Of a DNA stretch of 64,000 nucleotides, positions 14,123-26,780 are shown one piece after another. The notes under the pieces were generated by a model. It was not told where the DNA came from and did not search any database. It saw nothing but the letters and a program-made list of their open reading frames with translations. This DNA comes from Salpingoeca rosetta. Taxonomy: Eukaryota; Protista; Choanoflagellata. The position numbers were made by a program, and so were the translations under genes. The stretch is from the NCBI GenBank assembly GCA_033442325.1, contig JAWQFM010000032.1, positions 1-64,000 of the forward strand, written 5' to 3'. The first letter of the stretch is position 1. Every line of letters starts with the position of its first letter.

Positions 14123-14490
14123 CTGCCAGGCGTTGTCGCCGCTGAACAGGTTGATCCTGGCAGACTCCAGCGCTGACAGCAGCAAATAGCACAGTCATGA
14201 CANNNNNNNNNNNNNNNNNNNNNNNNNNNNNNNNNNNNNNNNNNNNNNNNNNNNNNNNNNNNNNNNNNNNNNNNNNNNNNNNNNNNNNNNNNNNNNNNNN
14301 NNGCTCACACCACACCATACTCCCCACACCCACTCCACAACCCCTGTACCAACAACATACTCCCTCACCTGTGTGCACTTGGGTCGAGAGGGACTTGAAG
14401 AACTCCTCAAACACAAACACAACGCGTCTCTGCATCATCTCTACCACCTCATCAGGGATCGACCGCAGGATCCTCGGAAGCTGAACGCAG

Positions 14491-14542
<52 letters not shown>

Positions 14543-14818
14543 GTGTGAGTGTGAGTGTGTGTGAGCGACGTGATATGCATGCAAGCCATCACAAACACCA
14601 TCCCCATCAAAACACACCACCCCTCATGCATCGCTTCACATTCCCATATCACCGATCTGTCACCACACCTCGAGGAGCCTGTGCTCGGGGAATGCGGATG
14701 CTGAACGTCTCCCAGTCCAGCAGGTCCTGGTAGGGCTGCAAGTGTGCAAAAAGCAAACGCCAGAACATCACGGCACAGCACCATGAGCGACGGGAAGGGT
14801 ACATCTCCACATACACAC

Positions 14819-14877
<59 letters not shown>

Positions 14878-15022
14878 GTATAATCCATCCATACGCACCA
14901 GCACGTAGTGATCGACGACAATGACGGGGATGGCACCAGCAGCCACGATCAACGAGGCATGAAAGGGGGTGACAGGAGATGGAAGGTGGGTGAGAGCACG
15001 AACAGGACCGAAAATCGTCTGC

Positions 15023-15087
<65 letters not shown>

Positions 15088-15934
15088 GAAGGAGTGGTAG
15101 CCAAATCCTTCCACGATGAGTCCAAACTTGGTCTCCAGCGCCAGCTCTGTGTACGTGTACTTGTTGAACTCTTCCTCTGCCTGGTTACACGACGGGTCGT
15201 ATCCAACCTTCCCCCTCACGGCCCATGCGCTCCTCGCCAAACCACCGGCACGCGCACACCAACACAATGTCCCTGCGCATACACAAGCAAACACAAGCGA
15301 TGTGTGTGTATGTGTGTGCGTATGTGTGTGTGTGAGGTGGATCCAGACAGAGACACACACAGCACCAAAACGAGTTGACGCCGAGGCAACACACGACACA
15401 CACACGGAACACAAGAACACACAACACTCGCACGCGTAGCACAACACACCTGCGGTTGTGAAGCTTGGGGAGGTGGTTGCGCATGACATCAGAGCGAGCA
15501 GACTTGGTGGTGCCCCTGCACAACAGCGAAAGAAGACACATGTCAAGCAGCGGCAGCACAACAGGTTTGGAGTGAGATTGCAGCGGCACAAGAAGCGCGG
15601 GTGGTGATGCAGTGAGCGACACCAACCTCTCAAAACCCAGCAGCAGCAGCAGTGAGCATCGAACCTCACATCGCACCACGTCACAACACGCATGCATGCA
15701 CAGACCTGAAGGTGACGAGGATATTCCTGTTTGTGCGGGCGGAACGCGTCCTTACTCCGGTGTGAATGAATGTCACCATGGAGAAGAGTGGCATGGACAC
15801 ATCGAGGCCGTCACGGTGGTGGAATTCACTCAGGCCAACGTGATGCAGGTGGTGATGCGAAACAAGGCGGCATTGGTGAAGTGTAAGCAACAGCAATCAT
15901 CAATGGTGAGCGCAGGCACGCACAGTCATGTTCC

Positions 15935-15971
<37 letters not shown>

Positions 15972-16952
15972 TGTACCTCTGCAAGAATGGGGTGTTCTGC
16001 ATGCCAGGGAGACATGGTGCGTCGCTGTACTCAAACAGGATGTGGTTGCGACCCTCGTTCCAATACGCAAGTCTGCCATGCATCACATGTGAGCGTGTGT
16101 GCGTGTGTGTGTGTGTGTTTGGAAGGCATCCACGAGCGCAGGTCCTCTCACACGCACGACATCAAGATCACAAGCACCACCAGCACCACAGGCAACAACA
16201 AGCAACAACCTCACCTGGAGAGATCGCGGTAGATGGCTGCGCTCACGGGATGCATCGACTCAATGTTGCCAGAGTACGTGCCATGCATGCAATCTTTCAT
16301 TCACAAGCGCGCAAACACAATTATGAGGTGGTGGTGATGGTGACGGCTGTGGAAGCCCGTGCATCTGCACCGACGCGACACACACGCACACACACACACA
16401 CACACACACAAAACAACACACCTTCACACCAGCACGATACGTCTGTGCTTGGAACGAAGAGGCAAGCCTTGGACAGGTCATCGGTGCTGTACGGGCCGTC
16501 ACGGATGGCGGTTCGGATGGCACGGTAGATGGCTGGCAGGGACGGCCTCTTCATCAGCACTCAGAGGATACACGTACACCTGCCATCGATGCACGCACGC
16601 ATGAACACGCAATCATAACACACACGCAGACAGACAGTGTGAGGTCATCATGCTTCCATTGCACTCCATGCCACGTCGTTGCTGTTGCTGTTGCTGTGTT
16701 GGTGGGTCTTCACCTTGAACGATGAGCACGTGCGAAGAGGATCGACGGATATGCCGTGCGCGGTGATCCCTGACATCAGGGCCGCCATTGGCAGTGCGAT
16801 AGTGCAGCGGTATCTCGGGGCAGTGCGTCCTGTTAACAGTGGTGGTTGTGGTGGAGACGATGGGTGCGTTTGTTGTGTGGTGAGGCGCGCGGATGCAAGG
16901 GGATGGGAGGAGTGTTGGGAGATATATGCAACGAACCGCTGCACGCACACAC

Positions 16953-17040
<88 letters not shown>

Positions 17041-17264
17041 GTACTGTGTCAAAGAGTTCATTCTCTTCGGCAGACATGATGCTGTAGAGACGAAGGCGTG
17101 AAGAGAGCCGCACAGAAGGATTGCAAGACGATAGCGAGTGATGAGTGGTTCAGTGTGTGCAGGTACACACCAGCAGCAGCAGCAGCAGCAGCGGCGGTGG
17201 CGTCGGCCGCAATGCACCCGCAACAACAACACAATTCGGTGGTCGCACCTCATGTCACCATCAT
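14123..17264 (-). pseudogene. Exostosin-family (GT47) glycosyltransferase, multi-exon, frameshifted; ends approximate
   Basis: Exons in the expected order: SFK|VYVYPL, AIYRAIRTAIRDGPYSTDDLSKACLFVPSTD, LAYWNEGRNHILF, RNILVTFR|GT, YTELALETKFGLIVEGFGYHSFR, AAGAIPVIVVDHYVL|PYQDLLDWETFSIRIP, LPRILRSIPDEVVEMMQRR. Apparent +1 frameshifts at ~16544 and ~14687 and no AG acceptor near 14960. Confidence 0.8.
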
Positions 17265-17677
17265 CCTTGTGCCGGAGCAGCGTCTCCCCTTCCTCTCTTC
17301 AGCTGAAGGCCTACTCTGTGGCCCAAACACACACGAGGAACAGAGATTAGGACGACCCATCGTAGCACAAGATCAAACGATCGCAAGCAAGGAACAGACA
17401 GCAGAGACGCATGGCAGATTAAACACGTCGACGTCACATATGCACACACGCTTACACATACAGCGTGCGTATACTTTTGAAAGCATTTGCTCTGTCCCGC
17501 CATGAGCAGCATCTTGCCAATGTCACCAACATTCTGCTCCATCGACGCAACCAAGGGCATCCAGTGGATGGCAACCTCTCCACAGTCGTGTCATCGACTG
17601 ATTTCAGCTTTTCCCGTCTTCTTCTGCACCGACACGCACAACAGCCGTTGTCGTGGCTGGTTGCGCGCAATGCGCGC

Positions 17678-17792
<115 letters not shown>

Positions 17793-19406
17793 CATTCGCT
17801 GTGACGAAAGGAAAGGATGGATGGGGAGGTGATGGTGTGTGGTGGTTGGCGGTGGTGGTTTGGTCACACTCATCCACAACAGCCACAACAACAACAGCAG
17901 CAGCGAGTAGCGGCGGGGGGATATTGATGACAGATGACAATGACACAAGCAATCCATCAATCAATCAATCAAGCAGACGAGCAAGCAGGCAAGCAAGAAG
18001 CAAGCAAGCCAAACAAAGGGACGTGTATTCATTCACTCCACTTGGACGAGCGACACGCCCACCACGTGGTGCGTGCGTGTGTGTTGTACTCACTGCTCTG
18101 TTTCCTTCACACGGTTCCTCTCTTCCTCGCAGTTCACTCTCCCTTTCTTTCCCTTGCACAGCCCTTGCTTGACCTGCTCTCTGCACACCCTCTCTTCTCC
18201 ACCCCCCCCCCACTCACACGTCTCAAGTCACATGCCTCCCACCTCCCCCTTTGCCTTTGGCTGCAACGCTGTGTGTCTTCATCTCCACCACCACCACCAC
18301 CTGTTCTGCAGGCTGACGATGAGGATGATGATGGTGGCTTGAATGACAGCACCGTGTACTTGAGCGGGTGCCATCACCGTGTGCCACGACAACAAGAGGC
18401 ACTACCTTCTCTCTCCCTCTGTCTTGGTATGTGCATGGCTGATGGCTGATGGGGTGGGCGGGTGTTGCCTGGGATTTCCATGCCACCGCACTGCACCTCA
18501 ATGCGCTGTGTGACGCGACATGCACACCACAGTTTACACGCCTTCTTCCCCCACTTATCCCCTCTGCAAGTCCTTGTTCTTGTCAACCACCTCCCCTCAC
18601 CAATCACATCCCACACCCCACACACACACACACTCTCTCTCTCCTTTACCCCTGTCACGATGTGTGCTTGCTTCAGAGCAGGCCGCTGACATTGTCATCA
18701 CCGCTGTCAGACGGCGGTCGGTGCCATGCACGGGCATGGAGATAGTGAGCCAGCTCGTGGTCTCCAGCGTGGTGGCTGGAATGTGCACTGAGGTGAAGGA
18801 TCCCACCACCAGACTTCTGCTTCCATACCACCATGACTGACACCACTGGCACTGCTGGTTGACACGCACCAGCAGACATCGCTCCCAGCGCCACACAAGA
18901 GGTGTGTGTGTGTGTGTGTGTGTGTCTGTGTGTGTGTGTCTATGTGTGTGTGTGTCTGTGTGTGTGTGAATTCATTTGCACTCGTTGCCCCTCCCGCATG
19001 TCGAAACAACCACGCACACCGGCAACCCCTCGTCAACACAACACCTTTCAACATCCCCACTGGGCTGATGCAGGGCTGCACTGGCACGTCGTGCACGACA
19101 GCTTCTCATCGTCAGTTCTCCCTTCTCTCCTTTTTTGTCTTCACACAAGTCACATCACCCCCGCCCAGTGGGGCGCCTGCATCTTACGCCCCACCCTCCC
19201 GTTGCACGCGTGCACACACCGATTCCGACCCAGTGCAGGATCTGCTGCTGCTGCCAACCACCCACACACATCGTCGCCGTAACGCCGCATCAACCAACCG
19301 CAGCCACTGACAGCCACCAGCATTGCACCTTTGCTGTGATTGAGTGCTGCCAGCACGTGGCCCCACCTCAACCTGCCACATCATCATCACCATCCCCGAC
19401 ACTGCC

Positions 19407-19437
<31 letters not shown>

Positions 19438-19839
19438 TGCATGCGTATTCACGCCATCGTCAACCACACCACGCCAACACAGCAACAGCTGCACTACTTG
19501 CTGTCCTGCGCGGCGTTGTGTCAGTGCACTCAAGGCCCTTTTGCCAGCCAGCTGCCCGCTGCTGCTAGCTGTGCTTCTCCCTGCCCATCTCAATCACCTC
19601 AGCTTCAACCACAACTGCTGCTGTGTTCCGCCACCTCATCTTCTGCCAGCGAGGTATCACACCGCGGCCACAGCCGTCACTGCACGCTGCCGGTTTCAAG
19701 CAGCTCACTGCGTTGGATGCTGTTGGCTCGTGGACCACCACACCGTTGTTTGAAGAGGGATTGCCCGTGATTGTGGCGGTTGTTGTGGTGGTGGTGCACG
19801 CCATGACAACAACAGCGGCAGTTGATGAGGTGATGGTGT

Positions 19840-20157
19840 GTTTGCAGTCCTCACTGGTTGCAGCGGCAGCAAGGAGGTGGCCATCGTGTTTCTGGTTCGC
19901 ACGCATGTGCTGGCCAACGTGGCGCAGGAGCGGTTCAAAGACTACGACAACGATTCTGTGCCGTTTATGAAGAACATTCTCCAGCACGCGAACGACAGGC
20001 AATACCGCATGCTGCGCGGCCTGATGGGCGTGTTTGTTTGCAAGGACATGTTTGCGCCGGATGCACACGACCTCATGCGCATTATGTAAGCCAGCGCCGC
20101 CCAGATTGAGGAGGATGATCCACAACCCACATACATCCACACAAGGTGCGCTCAAGG

Positions 20158-20254
<97 letters not shown>

Positions 20255-21490
20255 CGTGAACATGTGTGAACATGTCGCTTCGTCGTTTCCCTCCTTTCTC
20301 CACTTTCGCCTTGCCAAGCCTCACCGCCACCCCTTGTCGTCCTGCCGCGTTCAGGCTGTTGAGTCGCTGCTCGCTGTGATCCAGGGTGCCCGGCTCCCGC
20401 GAATCGCCCAACACCAAGCGGCGACCGAGAACTGTATTTCTGTCTTTGTCGAGATTGCGCGCAAGCGAGCACACGTCCTCTCATAGATGTGTGTAGCGTG
20501 TGTGTGTATGTGTGTGTGCGCGGTGCGCGTGAGAATGAGGATGATGGACGACAGTGCACAGCATGAGTTGGAGCGTGAGGGTGTATACGATACTAGATGT
20601 TTGTAGAGTCTGCCTAGCGAGGCATAAGGGTGAGCGTCGCACCGTGCTGCTCATTGTAAGTGATGAAGTCGTACGTGGGCGACGTGCAGATTGAGCACGA
20701 TGCGAGAAAGTGACTGGATGTAGATACGGAGGGCTCGGATCGTAATTTGGTAGCCGTTGTTGTCGCGTGACGAAGAAGCAGTGCGGTAGGTCGATTCGTA
20801 CACATTAGATCAGTCACATGGCAGCTAGCACAAGTCAAACTCGATCAGNNNNNNNNNNNNNNNNNNNNNNNNNNNNNNNNNNNNNNNNNNNNNNNNNNNN
20901 NNNNNNNNNNNNNNNNNNNNNNNNNNNNNNNNNNNNNNNNNNNNNNNNGTGTGCATGGCCCTGAGTCGTGCTGCATGTGTTCGGTGGTGTGCTCCGCCGC
21001 CAGTTGTTCTTGTTTCCCGTCTGACTCCCCCGTCCCCCCTCCCATTGTTTCCCTGTACCTCCCTCTCCTTCCTTTTATTGTCTGCTTCAGTCGGCAAAGA
21101 TCCACGGCGTGACTGCGCCTGCGAGCCCGGTGAAGATTGTGCGGGCGTTTGTTTGTGCAGGTGATTGGCACCCCCGCAGCCGCCGTCAACGAGCCCCACT
21201 GCCAGGGCATGTACACAGCCTCATGGTGCGTGGGTTGTGTTGTGTGTGATTTATGTGATGTGTGTGTGTGTGTGTTTGCTGCCTCGAAGATGCGCGACTG
21301 TCGTGTACTTCGTGTACTTTCCCATCCTCTTCCTCCTCCTTCCTCTCCTCATTCTCACGCCCTCGTGTCGTTTCCTCTCGTAGAACATGCAGGATTCGCC
21401 TGCCCACGGTGTGGTGGAGCAGTTGATGCAGGATCCCGAGGTGCACGCCGTGTGCAGCGCGCTGTTGAGGCGCTTGGCTCGTCCGCATAG
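19840..21490 (+). pseudogene. Importin-5 / karyopherin beta-3 (Pse1-like) relic exons
   Basis: 19910-20085 gives ANVAQERFKDYDNDSVPFMKNILQHANDRQYRMLRG/LMGVFVCKDMFAPDAHDLMRIM, resembling IPO5 '[56 protein letters not shown]' but without the KTIECIS block; 20355-20465 gives AVESLLAVIQGA...AATENCISVFVEIAR (IPO5 'NATENCISAVGKI'). Weaker relics may extend back to ~18310; the 21390-21490 segment is tentative. Confidence 0.72.
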
Positions 21491-22418
21491 TCGCCATGTT
21501 GTGATGTGTCGTGTCAACTTGTGCACAAGTTGGACGAATGGCTGAATGTCTGTCGATTCCTCTGTCACATTCCTCTTGTTTCCCTTTCTTGCTCTCTTCC
21601 CTTCTCTTCTTCTTCTTCTCTTCTCTTCTCTTCTCTTCTCTTCTTCCCTTCCTTCACTCTCCCTCTCGCCTGCTTGCTTGCTTGCTTATGTCACGCCCTT
21701 CCTGTGCTTGCCTGTTGTTTTCATTGTATGGCCCTGTGTACGGCTGAACACGTTCTTGGTGTGTTTGGTGGATGTGTGCTGCTGCTGCTGCTGTGTGTGG
21801 TTGATTCTGGCTTGTAACTGGAGGGTGCTGTTTTGATGTGCAGAGGGGCTGGCTGTTGTTTGGTTGGCTTGGCTTCATGTTGCGTGTGGGCACTGCTGTG
21901 CGTGTGGATGTGTGTTGGACTGGGAGCGTTGTTTGTGGGTTGTGTGGCGGACCTGTTCTTTCCTCAGTAAATGGCTCGATGAAAATGATGAGACCCGCTT
22001 GACGGTGGTGATGGTGGAGCGGCGGTGATGTTTGTGGTGTTGCTGTGGCTACAGACATTGGTGTGTTGTACCAACCAGGCAAGGCCAAACGAGGAGGGCG
22101 GGGCTGTTGTTCCTTTCGGCGACAAAGCGAGTCGGGTTGTTTTGCTGGCTGGCTGGAGGCACTTCATCCTGTTTGTTTGTTCTCGAAGAGATTGTTGACG
22201 AACATCTTCCACGGAAGCGCTGGTGTGCGGATAACCTCTGTAAGGTTTTGCGAATCGTCCAATGGCCGAGTCGCAAAACAACAACACACAAAACAAACAA
22301 AGAAGAAGGAAAACAAACAAAGCAGCGCGTTGAGTTGTCGTCCTCCATTTTGTCGTCGTCTTCCCACTCACGAGCACGTCACAACAAGCCACAAGGAGAA
22401 AGACGACGCGCCATCGCC

Positions 22419-25400
22419 ATGTCCGGCGGAGACAACAGAGCGAGGGAGGAGGTGGAGGCGTTGCTGGCGCAGACGAAGGTGACGGATTGGGTGAAGAACC
22501 GGATCAGGGCCATCGCCAACAACACGTGTGGGGAGATAGCAGAGTGAGTGCAAAGGCAACCAAAACGACATGCATGTTGGAACATGCATGCATGTGGTGG
22601 AGAGAAGGACACTTCTTGTGGTTGTGCTTGTGCTTATTCTCCCTCTCTCTCTCTCTGCTTGGCTTGTCCTTGTGTTGCAATGAGCTTGGTGTGGCTTGCT
22701 GTTGGGTGTTCACGTGTGCGTGTCCTGTCCCCTCGCACCGCCCGGACACACTGTGTGTGTTTGTGACAGGTTGTGACTGGCACCCTCATGTTTTTGCTCT
22801 GTGTATCCTCAGTCTTCTTGCTCATTTCATGACATACCATTTGAAATTGCAGCTTGGGTCGTGATGGCCTCGGCGACATTGGGGCGCGTGCGGTGGCCGA
22901 GGCGCTCAAGGACAACACCTGCCTCAAAGGACTCGCGTGCGTGGTGATGATGAATCTGCATCGTGTGACATGCATGGTTGATTGGGATGGCGGTGTTGCA
23001 CGTTGCGCCCCTTTCCTCCCCTGCTTGCGCATGTTTGGACGTGTGTTCACCGTCGCTCCCTGCGGTTCTTGTGTGCCTGCACAGCCTGTGGGACAATTCC
23101 ATCGGCGATGAGGGCGCTGTGGCGTTGGCGGAGATGCTGAAGCACAACACGACCCTCACAGGACTCGAGTGAGTGTGTACACACACACACACATGCACAT
23201 GTATGCTGCGTCACTGCCGTTGCACCTTATCATGTGCACATGTGTATGGGTGCAACGACTGTGTTGTCACCCACATGAATCATCATCACGCACTCACTCA
23301 CTCACTCTTCCTCACCCATGTGGCATCATCCCTCTGCGTGGCATCATACCGTCTTGACAGCCTGTGGCGCAATTCCATCGGCCCTGAGGGCGCTGTGGCG
23401 TTGGCGGAGATGCTGAAGCACAACACGGCCCTCGAACAGCTCTTGTGAGTTTGAACACACACGCATGCACGAAGGCACCCGCTTTGAGCATGTGTGCATG
23501 TGGTTGTGCACGTCTGCAGCAGGCGCGCTGGCTGTTTGCCACCCCATGTGCTCGCCGCCCCCATCCCTCCTGCTCACCACCGCGTATGCTGTCACTGACC
23601 TCCCACTCCTCACTCCTCTCTCTTGTGTGTACACAGCCTGATGAGCAACCGCATCGGTCCTGAGGGCGCTGCGGCGTTGGCGGAGATGCTGAAGCACAAC
23701 ACGACCCTCGAAGAACTCTAGTGAGTGTGGACACGCACACATGCACATGTATGCTGCGTCACTGCCTGTTGCACCTTTATCATGTGCACATGTGTGGATT
23801 GATGACTGTGTTGCCACCCACAACAATCATCATCACGCACTCACTCACTCTTCCTCACCCATGTGGCATCATCCCCCCGCGTGGCTTCCACCATACCGTC
23901 TTGACAGCCTGAACAACAACTCCATGGGCGATGAGGGCGCTGTGGCGTTGGCGGAGATGCTGAAGCACAACACGACCATGACATGGCTCGAGTGAGTGTG
24001 GACACGCACACATGCACATGTATGCTGCGTCACTGCGGTTGCACCTTATCACGTGCACATGTGCCCATGTGTGGATTGATGACTGTGTTGCCACCCACAG
24101 CAATCATCATCACGCTCTTCCTCACCCATGTGGCATCATCGCCCTGTGTGGCATCCACCATACCGTCTTGACAGCCTGAACAACAACTCCATCGGCGATA
24201 AGGGCGCCGTGGCGTTGGCGGAGATGCTGAAGCACAACACGACCCTCGAAGAACTCTAGTGAGTGTGGACACGCACACATGCACATGTATGCTGCGTCAC
24301 TGCGGTTGCACGTTATCATGCGCTCATGTGTGGTTGATGACTGTGTTGCCACCCACAACAATCATCACTCGCGCACTCAATCACACTTCCTCATCCATGT
24401 GGCATCATCGCCCTGCGTGGCATTCACCATACCGTCTTGACAGCCTGTACAACAACCGCATCGGCGATGAGGGCGCTGTGGCGTTGGCGGAGATGCTAAA
24501 GCACAACACGGCCCTCGAAGAACTCTAGTGAGTGGAAGCTCCTCTTTGCAATGTGTGTCTTTAGGCGCTTCTTCTGCAATACCCATGTGCAGATCAAGGC
24601 ACCGCAAGCCACCCACGATGTCTGTGCGACTTGCTTGTTTGTCCAACCAACAAATGCTTCCATCCTTCATATGTGCCACAAGTGCTGTCACATCCTGTGC
24701 AACTGGCATTTTCCCCCTTTGCTTCCGCCATTGTGACTTCAATGTCGTAGGACCTGATGTGCGAGCGAGTACACGTGCACGTGATCCATCTGCAACCCAC
24801 TTTCATCCATGACACTGACACGTGTTGCTTGCCCACCCGTTCCCCTGCTCTTCCAACATGCATTTCTTGCCACTTGCAGCTTGGATAACAACTCCATCAC
24901 CCCGGTTGGCGGTGCGGCGCTGGGTGCCGCACTGGACGAAAACCGCACGCTGTCTCGGCTTGAGTACGTCGATTGCGTTGCGCCTGCCTCATGAACGCCT
25001 GTGTCCTGTTGTGGATTTGTGTGACCAATCGCCACTCTTTTGAGTGCACGTCACACTGTGTGTTTTCCTCTTTACTTGCTTGTATTTCTCCACAACCCTA
25101 ACCACCAACCCTCCTGACCCACACACCGCACTTGCTGCCTGTTCCCAACCACACGCTACCACCACGTGTCCTCGTTCAGCATCGAGAAGAACTCCACCGC
25201 CACCGCCCGCGCCTTTGGTGCCGCGCTGCCCGTCGACCGCGTGCTCGATACAGGCAACTGGTCAGTCCACGTGTGCTTCCCCTTCCTGTCATGCGCTTTC
25301 TCTCTTCTCTTAACCCTTTTTTCTCACGTGCTGCGTTCTGGTTGCGTCTCATCTCGTGTGCGCACAGGTTCGGCGACGATGAGCGCAACGTCTTCAACGA

Positions 25401-26745
25401 AGCACGTGAGAAGAAGCAACATAAGCAAGTGTTTGCCGGCTTCAAGACTGGCACCGCTTCAGCTGTCGCCACCTTCTTTCACCAAGATCACGCAGATGCC
25501 AAGCAACAAGACAAACAGGTGTGCATGTGTGTGCTTCGGCGATTTGTTCGTTTGCAAAGTCTTTGAGTCACACACATGTTTTCACCACGTCTGTTCTGTT
25601 GCATCTCGCGCCCAGGTTACTTCCCCTTCAACCCAACATGCCAGCGTCTCCCAGCCCACGCCCTCAAGCCCAGCACTTGTGTCAACATCCTCAGCTCCCC
25701 AATGTCCCCCTGGCAGTGCACCTCGCCTTCTGACGACGGGCATGTTCAGCCTGAAGTCTCCTGCGTCTCTCGCAGACGTACAGAGTCAATACGATGAATT
25801 GTGCGAGGTTTCACTCAAGTACACACAAGTACTGTGCAGCTGCCTGAAGGCCCTCCCGCCCCACGAAGCCATGTGGCCTCTTGATGATCCACGCCACACT
25901 ACCCCGGATGTGGCCGTGCTTCGCCAGGCTGAAGCGGACCATCTGGCCTGCCTCAGCAAGTTCGACGAGCTGTTGAAAATGTGAGTTCGCCATGTTCATC
26001 ATCTCCATGGTGTGCCTCATGGTTTGACTGCACATACCCTTGTTGGCCTCGTTGTTGGCTCACGATAGATTGACTTCGTTTCTTGTGCCCCATTCTTGTT
26101 TCCAGTCCCTCCTCGATTGCTCCACACCAGTGCTGGGAGAGTCCATCTGATTTCTTTACGAGTTTGGCCGAGGGGTCGGTGTTCCCTCAGGCACACCTGA
26201 CTCGAGAAGGAAAAGCAGCTGCCCTTGTCGCCAGATGCACACCTGGTTGTGATGATGTTGAGTTCGTGATTGCCTCTTCAGAAGACGAGGTACGTGATGT
26301 TGCCTCTGTTGTAACCCTTGAGAGACGCCACTGGACATTGTGCAATAGTTGATTTCACATGTTTTAACATAACATCACGTCACCGCTTCTCCGTTCTTGT
26401 CCTGGACACTTTCACTTGCAGCTTGCTCCCTGGACAGCAAAACTCCTCGCACAGTTCAAGAAAACGCAAGCAGCTGCGGTGTGTGCATGTACTGGTTGGT
26501 GAAAGGACTTGGTTGTTTCGCGTGCATTGCCGCAGTTGTGTTGTGCTGTTTACACGTGAGAGTTGTATCCGTCGCATGTGTTGCGCTCATCCGTGACCCT
26601 GCTGGTTGGTGTTCAGACACCCGCCAACTTCATCGCCAAATGCAAGGAAGGCGATCCGCGCGGCGCTTACAGGGTGCTCGAAGCAAGCAACTTCAGCCAG
26701 GAGATCGTGCACGCAACCGACACCAACGTGCGTTGTTGGGCCTGT

Positions 26746-26780
<35 letters not shown>

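Noticed and set aside
20560-20848. Compositionally distinct stretch before the gap, possible transposon end
   Set aside because: No terminal repeat, target duplication or coding motif visible; may be low-quality contig-end sequence.
23085-24527. CRISPR-like or satellite reading of the ~270-bp periodic repeat
   Set aside because: Units are spliceable LRR exons with their introns.
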